A stretch of 62,787 nt of DNA. Origin: Clostridiales bacterium. GTDB taxonomy: Bacteria; Bacillota; Clostridia; Oscillospirales; CAG-382. How positions within the stretch are numbered: position 1 is the stretch's first letter; every line of letters starts with the position of its first letter. Made by a program: the position numbers and the translations under genes. Location: positions 1 through 62,787 of the forward strand of contig JAEESG010000003.1 in assembly GCA_016286245.1 (NCBI GenBank), read 5' to 3'. Below, in pieces: positions 40,301 through 49,116 of the stretch. Under the pieces are notes generated by a model, which had not been told where the DNA came from, did no database searches, and was given only the letters and a program-made list of their open reading frames with translations.

Positions 40301-40720
40301 TACCATCGTGTATGCGTCCTGAAGCATTATCGTGCCTTCGGGATCAAATTCGGTAGCGGATACGCCCTTTATTATTCCCATGGAATTTGCCCATGAAATC
40401 ATTCCGAAGAACGTCGGGTCTGTAAGGTCGGTAAACGGACTTGTGTTTTCTCCGCCCTCAAGCGACGAACCTTTTTTCATGAGTCTGTAAATAAACGCGG
40501 CCATCTGCTCACGTGTTACAAAGCCGGATGTGCCGTATGCAGTCTCTGTTACACCCTTCGTTACGCCGATACCTTCAAGCAGGGTTACCGCGTTTGTAAG
40601 GATTTCATTATTCGGGTCTACGTCAGTAAATTTTGAAACGGCACTTGCGCTGATCACAAATACCGACATTACAAAAATTACTGCAAGAACGAGTGTAAGA
40701 GTTCGCTTAAAATTTCTCAT
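37370..40720 (-). CDS. large S-layer homology (SLH) surface protein
   Basis: Signal peptide, N-terminal SLH repeats (VTREQMAAFIYR, LTRGDIAIILYN); start MRNFKR after GGAGG. Confidence 0.88.
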   Translation of the reverse strand: MRNFKRTLTLVLAVIFVMSVFVISASAVSKFTDVDPNNEILTNAVTLLEGIGVTKGVTETAYGTSGFVTREQMAAFIYRLMKKGSSLEGGENTSPFTDLTDPTFFGMISWANSMGIIKGVSATEFDPEGTIMLQDAYTMVVRALGYEKDAVLSYPFDYITIAESKGVNLNKGLPASLMEDYESELTRGDIAIILYNAFYAELNEKELKETPYRLSNGKWTLMSEEANKTLCEKIYEVEEQTFVIRETTHYAFNDSEESTEFKPTEDANGEGTVFLAAKEGDKIPGFYTTTAELGLEGDADSYIMAEVKVFCKYNEKDNKVEEILLAECKMIMYSNNSAKLGRWSRKYYEGNSEFPRATGALTVSGQTCYFYDAPYSYFTPKHIEGVSDYEARNADNAKRIDMLCLDKAAGLYSFYIVNDKWQSNEETGTPDGDSAFLNAFRAIYYGGIFKIDAYDNDGDGRIEYVWFRPATVGKIVASKDYNFSKFTEYRENKPVVITPSNPDAFQNLPVIYTNGANVYGVAYNDGDFVAAYINQKANFIEVQSVAAAYYGTITYISGKMQSYYVRIGNSTQISALQLDRAFTNFYASSNLATSILDYGNLNKAAIVYSLNGKVVYYELIENNSKFANADDIIIPLEEETISSFNTRTNRYDQYLKVLMDGEETYVPVSVDECYPKPTKTVNGTYRFDVTVTEENGKTYYAYYGKPCKYDYDDDDKYILKSMFHEQAKNGNIKHISYLLPDMFFDTTRTRQAAYDLGEKGNDQKVIFKKRTGKKYALVDAADDRYSMFGTDGTSPQSSHWFNDVIIDDKTEFMFRCIYEGTDGEMTSKLETYTGADFPGTIDSVLGNVQYVYENIGDSKTQARLAFLYAEVEDDHVVFANAAAVASSYVVVKSSTPKMLSEEKFAYAYDVFDLATGTVVEGVLGTKTTKDAKSLSNPVPGGAVVKLDASGAIDDKKIDVDNVNTVSPATNKYMAFVKDVIFDGDETLLETMPVNDADTTYFYYEGYVYDVFEVASDANIAILKFADKEDITTAEISKVTLEDIKEAGENVLAFNEQYAEKDEDSYSTEKGKYVKVFFTHEKKSKDEYPVIDNIIVVVNGDEPYDFLDVEANEDKWD

Positions 40721-40780
40721 TTGGATTTCCTCCCGCATTAATTTTATATGTCTACTCTGTTAGACTTATATACACAATAT

Positions 40781-40841
40781 ATTTTATATCACTATTACGC
40801 ATTTTGCAAGTGTTTTTTTACTTTGTAACACAAAAGTAACA
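40781..40841 (-). promoter_or_regulatory. promoter with upstream OmpR/WalR-like direct repeat
   Basis: TGTTAC-N5-TGTTAC (40841-40825) just upstream of TTGCAA-17-TAAAAT. Confidence 0.55.
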
Positions 40842-41000
40842 ATATTTTTTGCACTATTTTTTTCTTTTTGTTTAATCTCACAAATTTATTTTTGATTTTT
40901 ATACATTTTTTACAAAACTAATTAACTATTATTATTTTATTTTACATTATAGAACATTTTTCTTTTTTGTTTTTTCGGGAAAAGCGCGCCAAAAATGCGC

Positions 41001-41033
41001 AAAAAAAGGTCCCGGTCTTTCGACCGGGACCTT
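41001..41033 (-). terminator. terminator of the second SLH gene
   Basis: AAGGTCCCGGTC/GACCGGGACCTT stem with U tract. Confidence 0.8.
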
Positions 41034-41069
41034 ATGTTTAACTAATCAGATTCTGTTTATAAGATTCAA

Positions 41070-44000
41070 TTAGTCAACGTCGAGTTCCTGAGTTTCGCCG
41101 TCCATTACCCAAACTACTGCGAAGAGTACGTCGCCGTTGAAGCCGTCTTCATCTTTTGCGAAGAAGTTATTATCATCTTCCCAATCGATGAGCATCGTAG
41201 CTTTTACGTACTTAGCATATTTTGTCGAGTAGGTCTGTCCGTCGTCTTCTGTGTACGACTTGTTGTAGCATCTGATGGAATCGTTGTCGTCGTCTGCAAG
41301 GTCAGCCTTGTTGAGAGCGGACATCGAGCCCCACGTAATAACGTCTTCAATCCACTTCGTGTCGGATCCGAGTCTTACGATCGATGCTTTGTCAGCGTTT
41401 ACATAGTATACAGAGGTGAGGTCGCCGTACGGGCAGATTTCAAGGGTATCATCATCAGCGTCGTACGAGAGGATCCAGTACTTCTGCATATCCTTGAACT
41501 GCTGCGACTTAGCGTTTTCATCAACCTTACCGGTCGAGGTTACGGTTACCATGTCGCCGTATGCCTTAACCTTAACATTCGCTGCCTTTGCAGCCGTCGT
41601 CGAACCGTAGAGGGTTTCAACTGCGCCTGTGTAAGGATTGTATACCTGATACTTAGCCATGTATTCGTCGTCATCCGTAGGAACTACGTCAACGAGTTTA
41701 ACTATTCTTTCTGCCTTCTTCTTGGAAGCGGAGTCTTCAACGTCGAGGTCTTCACCTTCAGCGTAGAGAACTACGAGTTTAAGAGCGTTCGAATGATCAG
41801 GATCGTTCTTTACTACGAGCTGAACATTGTTGAGTCCCTTAAGTTCGCCTGTGAGATCAGAGAGTGCGAGTTCTTCGAATTTAACTTCGCCGTTCTTTAT
41901 GTTCTTAAGAACAACTTTCGTCGTGTCGTCGAGGTAAAGCTTCTGATCAACACCGGTGAGAGTGAATCTCTTGCCGAGGTCTTTCTTAAGCGTTGCTTCT
42001 ACGTCAACTTCGATAAGTCCGAAGAGTGTTTCGTCTTTGTCAGCTGCGAGAACTTTTGCGATGTCTTTTTCAAGACCTACATAGTCTGCATCTGTCATTT
42101 CTTCGTCGTCATATGCGTTGCCAAGGAGCTTGATCGAGTAGTTGCCGTTTCCGTCTACTGCGAAGGAAGCGATCTTGTTAACGTATGTGTTTTCGCCTGT
42201 CTTGATTTCGGGATAGTAAGCGTCCGTTATTACCGGAACGTATACGAGTTCGCCGTTAACCCAAGCGTGAACGTACGTCGTCTTCTTGCCTGTCTTGTTG
42301 TTGAAGTTCGAGTCATACCACTTGCCGTCGTTTTCTTCGTCTTCAGTGATTACGAGAAGCGTTCCGTCGTAATCGTTAACCGATTCAACGCCTGTCGAGA
42401 AGAGAACTACGCCGTTGTATACATAGTATTCAGCGTCTTTCGAGTCGTATGCTGCCGGCTTCGTGAGGTTTGCAAAGAGTGCGTTCTTGAAGTCAGCCTT
42501 GGATACGAGGTATCCTTTTGCTTCGAGTTCATCAGTGTTGTCATAGTTTTCAACGAGCTTCCAAACGTCGCTTGTCGAAACTTTTTCGCCGTTGCTGAGA
42601 ACGATCGTCTTGTTTGCGTCAGAGATGTCTTTTACTGCGCCTACTACGGGCTTAACAACTGCTGCGATTTCGATGAGGTTAGCCTTCTTGTTGAAGTAAC
42701 CGATTACGAAATCTTCGTCAGCGAATTTTTCGCCTGAAACAACTGCTTTATTGGTGTAAACGATAGGAGCTTCATCAGCTGCGCCGTTCTTTATATAGTC
42801 CTTGTAGAACGTCTTCTTGGTAGTAGCGTCTACTACTGCGAATCTGTAAGGTCTGTAATTCATGTAATCATAGATTCCGTCGCCGTCTACGTCGTAGATG
42901 TCTGCGCTGTAGAGACCGCCGGTGTAAACCTGTGTGAGAGCGTCGATAAGTGCTGTGGAATCATCTGTGAAGAATTCATCGTCGTTCGTTGCGCTGAACG
43001 GATTAGCCTGAACGGTTACTTTGTATCCGCTGTCGGTCTTGTTAGCTTCGTAAAGTTCGATTTCGATGAAGTTGATGTTCTTTTCGTTTCTTGCAGCATA
43101 TTTCTGAGCGTCAGTGTAGCCTGCTGCGTACGTCGGCTGCGTGTAGGAGTACGGAGCGTTGTAGAAGTAAACTGCTTCGCCGTCCATCAAAGCTTTACCG
43201 GAAAGGTGCTTTGCGCCGTTGTAGTCTTCGCCGTTGTAATTATATGTGTAGTAGCTGCCCTTCTTGTTCGAGGAGAGCGATTCAAGTTTGATGTCCTTAA
43301 CGGTCTTCTTCGTGAGAAGAGGTTCTGCGTAAAGGATTTCGTCAATCGCGTCGTCCTTGTCAAGAGTTACGTACATTCTGAAGTAGGACATGATGTATTC
43401 GTCTGCTGCGCCGTCGATTGCGAGATCTTTAACGTCTGCATAGAATTCGTTTGTCTTTACTTCTGTGGGATTTTCGTTGTCATCGGGTGCTCTGAAGAGA
43501 ATTGCGTCGTATCCGAGGTCGTTCGTTGTTTCGCCGTCTTCGAATGCGCAGTTCGGTGTACCGATTGCCTGGTATTCAACTTCGAGTACGTCAAAGTACT
43601 TTTCGCAGAATGTCGGGTAGTCAGTTACTGTCTGAAGTACGAATGAATAACCGTCTTCAGCATTACCGAGTCTCTTTTCTTCCTGTTTCGTTTCTGCAAC
43701 GCCGGTCTTTGCAAAGAATGCGTTGTAGAGAAGGATTGCGATGTCGCCTCTTGTGAGTGCGTCGGTGTAGTTGATCGTGGACGGAAGTCCCTTGTTGAGT
43801 TCTACGCCCTTGCTTTCAGCAACTTCTATGTAGCCGAAAGGATAAGGAAGCGACTCTTCTGTTTCATAACCGAGTGCACGAACGATCATCGTGTATGCAT
43901 CCTGGAGTATGATCGAACCCTTGGGTTCAAACGTGGTAGCCGATGTTCCTTTGATGATGCCCTGGTTGTTTGCCCAGGAAATCATGAAGAAGAATGTCGG

Positions 44001-44300
44001 GTCTTCGAGGTCCGTGAAGGTCGAGGTGTTTGCTCCGTTTTCTACGGAATTACCTTTCTTCATGAATCTGTAGATAAATGCTGCCATCTGTTCACGCGTA
44101 ACAAGTTCTGTTGTTCCGAATGTTGTTTCGGATGTACCCTTTGTTACGTTGAGATAGCTGAGAAGGTTTACTGCTTTCGTAAGATACTCGTTATTAGCAT
44201 CTACGTCAGTAAACGCTGCAGCCGATGCTGTGAACGCGAACGTTCCGACAACCATCAGTACTGCGAGTGCCAGAGTAAGAAACTTCTTAAAATTTCTCAT
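41070..44300 (-). CDS. large SLH surface protein, candidate major S-layer protein
   Basis: Paralog of 37370-40720 with the same SLH motifs; start MRNFKK after GGAGG; visibly biased codon use (TAC, AAC, GAC, TTC, GCT). Confidence 0.88.
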   Translation of the reverse strand: MRNFKKFLTLALAVLMVVGTFAFTASAAAFTDVDANNEYLTKAVNLLSYLNVTKGTSETTFGTTELVTREQMAAFIYRFMKKGNSVENGANTSTFTDLEDPTFFFMISWANNQGIIKGTSATTFEPKGSIILQDAYTMIVRALGYETEESLPYPFGYIEVAESKGVELNKGLPSTINYTDALTRGDIAILLYNAFFAKTGVAETKQEEKRLGNAEDGYSFVLQTVTDYPTFCEKYFDVLEVEYQAIGTPNCAFEDGETTNDLGYDAILFRAPDDNENPTEVKTNEFYADVKDLAIDGAADEYIMSYFRMYVTLDKDDAIDEILYAEPLLTKKTVKDIKLESLSSNKKGSYYTYNYNGEDYNGAKHLSGKALMDGEAVYFYNAPYSYTQPTYAAGYTDAQKYAARNEKNINFIEIELYEANKTDSGYKVTVQANPFSATNDDEFFTDDSTALIDALTQVYTGGLYSADIYDVDGDGIYDYMNYRPYRFAVVDATTKKTFYKDYIKNGAADEAPIVYTNKAVVSGEKFADEDFVIGYFNKKANLIEIAAVVKPVVGAVKDISDANKTIVLSNGEKVSTSDVWKLVENYDNTDELEAKGYLVSKADFKNALFANLTKPAAYDSKDAEYYVYNGVVLFSTGVESVNDYDGTLLVITEDEENDGKWYDSNFNNKTGKKTTYVHAWVNGELVYVPVITDAYYPEIKTGENTYVNKIASFAVDGNGNYSIKLLGNAYDDEEMTDADYVGLEKDIAKVLAADKDETLFGLIEVDVEATLKKDLGKRFTLTGVDQKLYLDDTTKVVLKNIKNGEVKFEELALSDLTGELKGLNNVQLVVKNDPDHSNALKLVVLYAEGEDLDVEDSASKKKAERIVKLVDVVPTDDDEYMAKYQVYNPYTGAVETLYGSTTAAKAANVKVKAYGDMVTVTSTGKVDENAKSQQFKDMQKYWILSYDADDDTLEICPYGDLTSVYYVNADKASIVRLGSDTKWIEDVITWGSMSALNKADLADDDNDSIRCYNKSYTEDDGQTYSTKYAKYVKATMLIDWEDDNNFFAKDEDGFNGDVLFAVVWVMDGETQELDVD

Positions 44301-44364
44301 TTCAAGATCCTCCTGTAAAAAATTTTTTGTACTCCAAAACATTTTTAGTTTTGTTTACGCTACT

Positions 44365-44426
44365 ATGATATATCACCCTTTGTTTTTTTGCAATAAGTTT
44401 TTTCAAACTGTAACGCAACGTTAACA
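44365..44426 (-). promoter_or_regulatory. promoter with upstream OmpR/WalR-like direct repeat
   Basis: TGTTAA-N5-CGTTAC (44426-44410) just upstream of TTGCAA-17-TATCAT. Confidence 0.5.
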
Positions 44427-44587
44427 TTACTTTTTCCCTTACCTTTTTATATATACGGGGAGGGGGTCGCTCAAAAGCCGTCTTTCGCTTTGCTTGTCCG
44501 CTTTTTTCGCGGCTATGCATTGACACGATTTTTGTGATGTGATAAAATAGGAGTGTAGAAATTCAAAACCAAAAAGGCTGTGATTTT

Positions 44588-44773
44588 TTGAAGAAACTCG
44601 TCATCAACAACGACAATATAATATATAAGGAAGTTTTTATCCGCTGCTGTCCCTTTGACGCGCTGGAAATAAAAGACGAAAAGGTATTTGCAAACGCTAA
44701 ATGCAGGCTTTGCGGCGCGTGCGTCAAAAAATCCAGAAACAACGAATGTGTTCTTGTCGATACCGACGACTGA
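44588..44773 (+). CDS. small ferredoxin-like protein (single predicted 4Fe-4S site)
   Basis: CPFDAL..CRLCGAC; own promoter TTGACA-17-TAAAAT (44520-44548) and a downstream terminator; TTG start. Confidence 0.65.
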   Translation: MKKLVINNDNIIYKEVFIRCCPFDALEIKDEKVFANAKCRLCGACVKKSRNNECVLVDTDD

Positions 44774-44825
44774 TTTCTTTCGTACAATAAGACTTTCGTT
44801 TTTCGTCAAAGGTTCCGTATAAAGC

Positions 44826-44863
44826 AAAAAAGAAAATTCCGCCGTGTCCGGCGGAATTTTTTC
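44826..44863. terminator. bidirectional terminator
   Basis: AAAATTCCGCCG/CGGCGGAATTTT stem flanked by A and T tracts. Confidence 0.8.
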
Positions 44864-44881
44864 TTCCTTATATATAATATG

Positions 44882-45817
44882 CTATTCTGCAAGCCCCTCT
44901 TCCACTCCGAGTACGATTATTCCGGCAAAAACCACGGCTATCGACGCATAATGTTTAAAGGAAAGCTTTTCCTTCAAGAAAATTCTGCTCCACAGCACGG
45001 ATACCGCGCAGTACGCCGAAATTACGGGCGCCGCGCCCACGGGATTTGCCGAAAGCGCGTATATATACGCAAACTGGCCGAGCGTTTCGCACACGGCGCC
45101 TATCCCCTTCGGATATTCGCGTGAAAATTCAAATTTCTGCTTCTTTATTATTACAACGTACACGAACGCGACGACCGCCATAAACAAAAACGTAAGCTCG
45201 TACGCCACGTTTGCGACGTCTTCCTCGAGATAGTGGAATATATTGGGAAGAAACGTGTTTTCCTCCTCGAGAATAACGCTGTCAAAAAACGTGCCGAGCG
45301 CGTCGATTATGCAGTAAAGTATCGGAAGCAGGAACGCAAGCACGCTTTTTGAGTACTTTACGTTTGATTTCTGCTGCCGCAGCATTTTCGCTTCGTCGTT
45401 TTCGGTGTATTCCGAAATTCCCAGAAACAGTACGCCCACGCTTACGAGTATTACGCCGATTATCGAAAGGCCTCCGAGCTCCGAACCGAGCACGAAAAAG
45501 CAAAGAACCGCCGCAAGAGCGCCCGACGTGTTGCATATCGGCGAGGACACCGAAAGTTCTATGTATCTGAGCGCCACGTAGCCGAATATCATAGAAAGTA
45601 TGTACATAAACGACGCGGGCAGATAATAAATTATATCCTGAAACGTGATTTTTGTTCCCGTCATTATCTCGAAAGCCGCGTGAATACCCATCACGACGCC
45701 GACCGCCATAACCATCTTCCAATGGCTGTATTTATCGTCGGGTTTTGAGCCTATTTTGCTGAAAAGGTCGGATCCGCTCCAACACAAAAGCGCCGCAAGC
45801 GCCAGAATCAACCACAT
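44882..45817 (-). CDS. DMT/EamA family transporter
   Basis: About 10 TM helices in two repeats; ends SRIFLKEKL; start MWLIL after GGAGG. Confidence 0.85.
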   Translation of the reverse strand: MWLILALAALLCWSGSDLFSKIGSKPDDKYSHWKMVMAVGVVMGIHAAFEIMTGTKITFQDIIYYLPASFMYILSMIFGYVALRYIELSVSSPICNTSGALAAVLCFFVLGSELGGLSIIGVILVSVGVLFLGISEYTENDEAKMLRQQKSNVKYSKSVLAFLLPILYCIIDALGTFFDSVILEEENTFLPNIFHYLEEDVANVAYELTFLFMAVVAFVYVVIIKKQKFEFSREYPKGIGAVCETLGQFAYIYALSANPVGAAPVISAYCAVSVLWSRIFLKEKLSFKHYASIAVVFAGIIVLGVEEGLAE

Positions 45818-45929
45818 AATATAAATCCTCCAAACAAGCTGTATTATAACACACGCGCGCCCAAAAATCAACACAAAAATGCGCGAAAAAAGAGAAAAAA
45901 CTTCCGTTTTTTCTCTTTTTTGTCATATT

Positions 45930-48128
45930 TTACATTGAAATCAGGTTTGCTTTTCCGAGGAGTGCTTCTTTTTCCCTGTCAACGCAGGAAAGAATTATTA
46001 TCTGATATTCTTTCGACAGTTTTTCCATAAGCCCGAGCGCCTTTTTAAGCCTTGTATCGTCAAGTTTGGAAAACGCGTCGTCAAAAACGAGCACCGGCTT
46101 TTCTTTATAGAGGTATTCGCAAAGCGCAAGTCTTAAGCACAAATACGCCGCGTCGAGCGCGCCGGAGCTCAAAAATTCTATGCTTCTGTACTCGGCGCTT
46201 CCCTTTTCGAAGCACCCGAGTTTAAGTCCGCTGTCGACGCACAGTCTTTCATATTTGTCGTCGGTCATCGCTTCAAACATTTTCGACGCGTTTTCGGTTA
46301 GTATCGGGGAGACGTTTTTCTGCATTTCCTCATACGATTCCTTTATTGCGCCGTACGCCGTGTCGAGTGCGTCGTGCTTTATTTTCAGGCTTTCGATTTC
46401 AGACGTAAGCGCGCCGTATTTTTCGTCGAGCTCGTCGGAATCCCTTGTATTTTCGGAAATCACCGCCGCTTTTTTGTCGTATTCGCGCTTCTGTTCGCAA
46501 AGCGTATCTATCGCGCGCAGATAAAAATCGAGTTCCTTTTCGATTTTAGCCTGTTCCCTTACGGGAAGGCTTTCATCGTATGAAAGCGAGAGTTTTTCAA
46601 GCTTTTCAAGGTCGGCAACGCCTTCAAGTGCGCCCTCGAGCTGCGCTCTCTGCGCAGCCTCGTTTTTTTCGAGCTCCTCAAGCTCCGAAATATCAAGGCT
46701 TACCTTCCTTATATGCTCCTTTGCCGTTTCCGCGAGAAGCGACGTGTCGGTAAACGACGTCTTTTTTCCCGTTTTATCGAGAAGCGTGCAAAGCGCCTGC
46801 GCCGCTTTCATTCTCTTTTCGGTCTTTTCCTCGAGGAGAATTTCCGCGTTCTTTGAAATTTCCTTTGCTTCTTTTACGTTATCCGACGACTCTCTGCTTG
46901 CGTCGAGCAGCTTTTCGAATTCCCCGAAATCCTCGCATTCAAAGCTTTTTGCGAGTTCCTCAAGCTTCTGCTTTGCCTTTTTCGCCTTTGAGAAGAAAAT
47001 TGCCGAAAAAGGAAGCGTAACAACGAGGCAGGCAAGGATTATTGCGATTTTCTTTTTCTTTTTCGCCTCGGTTTTAAGTATTTCGACGTCTTCTTTCAGT
47101 TCTTCCGGCGTTTTTGACGATTCCTCAAGCAAAGAATTGAATTTCATCTGCTTTTCGTTGCGGTAAAGGGCCGCTTCCTCGGTTTGCGCAAGGCTTCTTT
47201 TGTGTCTTGCGGTATTTAGCTCCTCTTCGGAGGCTATAAGCGCGATTACCGCCTCGTTCACGTCGGAAAGATAGCTTCTGCCCGGCAGAAAACCGTTCGT
47301 TGAAATTTCAAGGCTCTTATTTTCGAGCGCCTTTTTCGCGGAATTTGCGCTTTGTCTTATTTCCTCAATTCTTTCGCACTTTTCATGCGCCTGTTTTGCC
47401 TTAAGGTTCGCGTATTCCTTTTTGAGTTTTTCGGCAATTCCGGTATCTTCTTCGATTTTGCTGTTTATACGCGCAAGCCGCGCGTTCACGTCTGAAAGTT
47501 CGGCGCGCCTTTGCTCGATAACCTTTCTTTTCTGCTCGAGTTCGGCTTTTTCAAGCCGCAGTTCGTACAGTATGCCGCTTCTCTGCGTTTTACCGAGGAT
47601 TTCCTTTTTGAGATTATCTATTTTCTTGAGAACCGATTCCGAATCTACCGCGCTGTCCGCCGAAAAGACCATATTCTTTATTGCGCCCGACAGCGTTTCG
47701 GGGTCGGAATAAAAAACGTCCCCCGCGCTTATCATCGCGGTTCTGTCATACGTTTCCGCGTCGACTCCGAAAAAAACCTCTCCCGCCGATTTTCCCGAAA
47801 AAACGGGGTTTCCCGATTCGTCGAGAATGCAAAAAGGCGCGTTTTTCTCATGCTGTTCGCGGCGCAGAAGGTAGTTTCCGCTTTCGGTGTGTATTTCCAT
47901 CTCGCCCTTTATGTCAAGGCTGCTCCACGGAGAATACCTCTTTTTATCGTTTTTGAAAAGGTCGGACGCCCTCGACGTAAAGCCGAAAAGCATATATCTT
48001 ATGAATCTCGTAACCGAGCTTTTTCCGCTCTCGTTATTCCCCGTTATCACGTTTATTCCGGGCGAAAAATCCATATTCAGTTTCTCAAGCTTTCCGAAAT
48101 TTTCGGCGTTTATCGATTTTATTATCAT
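45930..48128 (-). CDS. YhaN/Rad50-like coiled-coil ATPase with a central TM segment
   Basis: NFGKL, Walker A GNNESGKS, long coiled coil, LSSG signature, Walker B VFDDAF. Confidence 0.85.
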   Translation of the reverse strand: MIIKSINAENFGKLEKLNMDFSPGINVITGNNESGKSSVTRFIRYMLFGFTSRASDLFKNDKKRYSPWSSLDIKGEMEIHTESGNYLLRREQHEKNAPFCILDESGNPVFSGKSAGEVFFGVDAETYDRTAMISAGDVFYSDPETLSGAIKNMVFSADSAVDSESVLKKIDNLKKEILGKTQRSGILYELRLEKAELEQKRKVIEQRRAELSDVNARLARINSKIEEDTGIAEKLKKEYANLKAKQAHEKCERIEEIRQSANSAKKALENKSLEISTNGFLPGRSYLSDVNEAVIALIASEEELNTARHKRSLAQTEEAALYRNEKQMKFNSLLEESSKTPEELKEDVEILKTEAKKKKKIAIILACLVVTLPFSAIFFSKAKKAKQKLEELAKSFECEDFGEFEKLLDASRESSDNVKEAKEISKNAEILLEEKTEKRMKAAQALCTLLDKTGKKTSFTDTSLLAETAKEHIRKVSLDISELEELEKNEAAQRAQLEGALEGVADLEKLEKLSLSYDESLPVREQAKIEKELDFYLRAIDTLCEQKREYDKKAAVISENTRDSDELDEKYGALTSEIESLKIKHDALDTAYGAIKESYEEMQKNVSPILTENASKMFEAMTDDKYERLCVDSGLKLGCFEKGSAEYRSIEFLSSGALDAAYLCLRLALCEYLYKEKPVLVFDDAFSKLDDTRLKKALGLMEKLSKEYQIIILSCVDREKEALLGKANLISM

Positions 48129-48143
48129 AATTTCTCCGCGCTT

Positions 48144-49097
48144 CTATGTACGGTCGGGTTTCTCAAAGAAATCGTTCATATCGAAATCCAGTTTTCCGTC
48201 GCCGCTTTTTTTGTTTTTCTTTTCGTCTTCGTTTTCCTTATAATATCCGTCAACCTCTTCGGGTGTTTCAAGTCCGTTTTCATGCCAGGACTCAAGTATT
48301 TTCGACATATACGAAATCTGCGGTTTGTTGATTTTGGAGATGGTTTTGTCGTACGCGTACGAAACGAGCTCCATGCTTGAATTAAACTTTTCCTCCCAAA
48401 GAGCGATATGCGTTTTTTCGGATTTTGTGAGCGCTCTGTCGGAGGCGCCGATTATCTTTTTTACCTTTTCCTCGTAATCATTACGTCTTTTTTCGGCGCC
48501 GAGGTAGTTTTCAAGCTCGGCGTAGGTCGTAATTCCCTTTTCGTTTATGTTTTCCGCCGTGCGCTCTATGTATCTTACCGACGTCTTTCCGAGCGAGGCG
48601 CAGTACTGCGCGACTCCCATTATCACGTCGTAATTCATGCCGAGCGTGTCGTAAAGGTACATGATTATTCCCTGCTCCGCCGAATTATACAGGTGTCCCG
48701 TAAGCTTTTCAAAATACGAAACAAGGCTTGAAAAGTTTTTGTCGTTTTCCCTCGCAAAAGCAAGCTCTTTTACGGTATAAGACGTGCGTCCCAAGGCTCC
48801 CGAGCCGTTTTTTACGTCTTTCGGGGTTATGACGACTCCTTTTTTCGTCTTTTTCTCGTTCTTTTCTTCCTCTTCGTCGTTTATTATCCCCGCGCCGCGC
48901 AGAAACGCAAGCGAAGACAGTATGCTCTGTTCTGTTTCCTCAAGGTCGGACGCCGCGGATTTAACGTCGATTTCCCCGCCGTTCTGGAAAATATAGTACA
49001 GCAGTTTGAGCTCCGCCTTTTTTGCTCGGTTAAGGTACTGATATTCGATTTTTGGCATTACAAACACTTTTTTTGTGTTTTTATCCGTAATTTTCAT
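48144..49097 (-). CDS. DnaD domain protein
   Basis: Two DnaB_2-like repeats (RYIERTA..GI.T; SYMSKILESWHENGL). Confidence 0.85.
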   Translation of the reverse strand: MKITDKNTKKVFVMPKIEYQYLNRAKKAELKLLYYIFQNGGEIDVKSAASDLEETEQSILSSLAFLRGAGIINDEEEEKNEKKTKKGVVITPKDVKNGSGALGRTSYTVKELAFARENDKNFSSLVSYFEKLTGHLYNSAEQGIIMYLYDTLGMNYDVIMGVAQYCASLGKTSVRYIERTAENINEKGITTYAELENYLGAEKRRNDYEEKVKKIIGASDRALTKSEKTHIALWEEKFNSSMELVSYAYDKTISKINKPQISYMSKILESWHENGLETPEEVDGYYKENEDEKKNKKSGDGKLDFDMNDFFEKPDRT

Positions 49098-49116
49098 CTT
49101 TTTCTCCGAAAATTCT

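Noticed and set aside
37484-43646. Long plus-strand ORFs (460, 229, 314 and 146 aa)
   Set aside because: Antisense shadows of the SLH genes, explained by their codon bias
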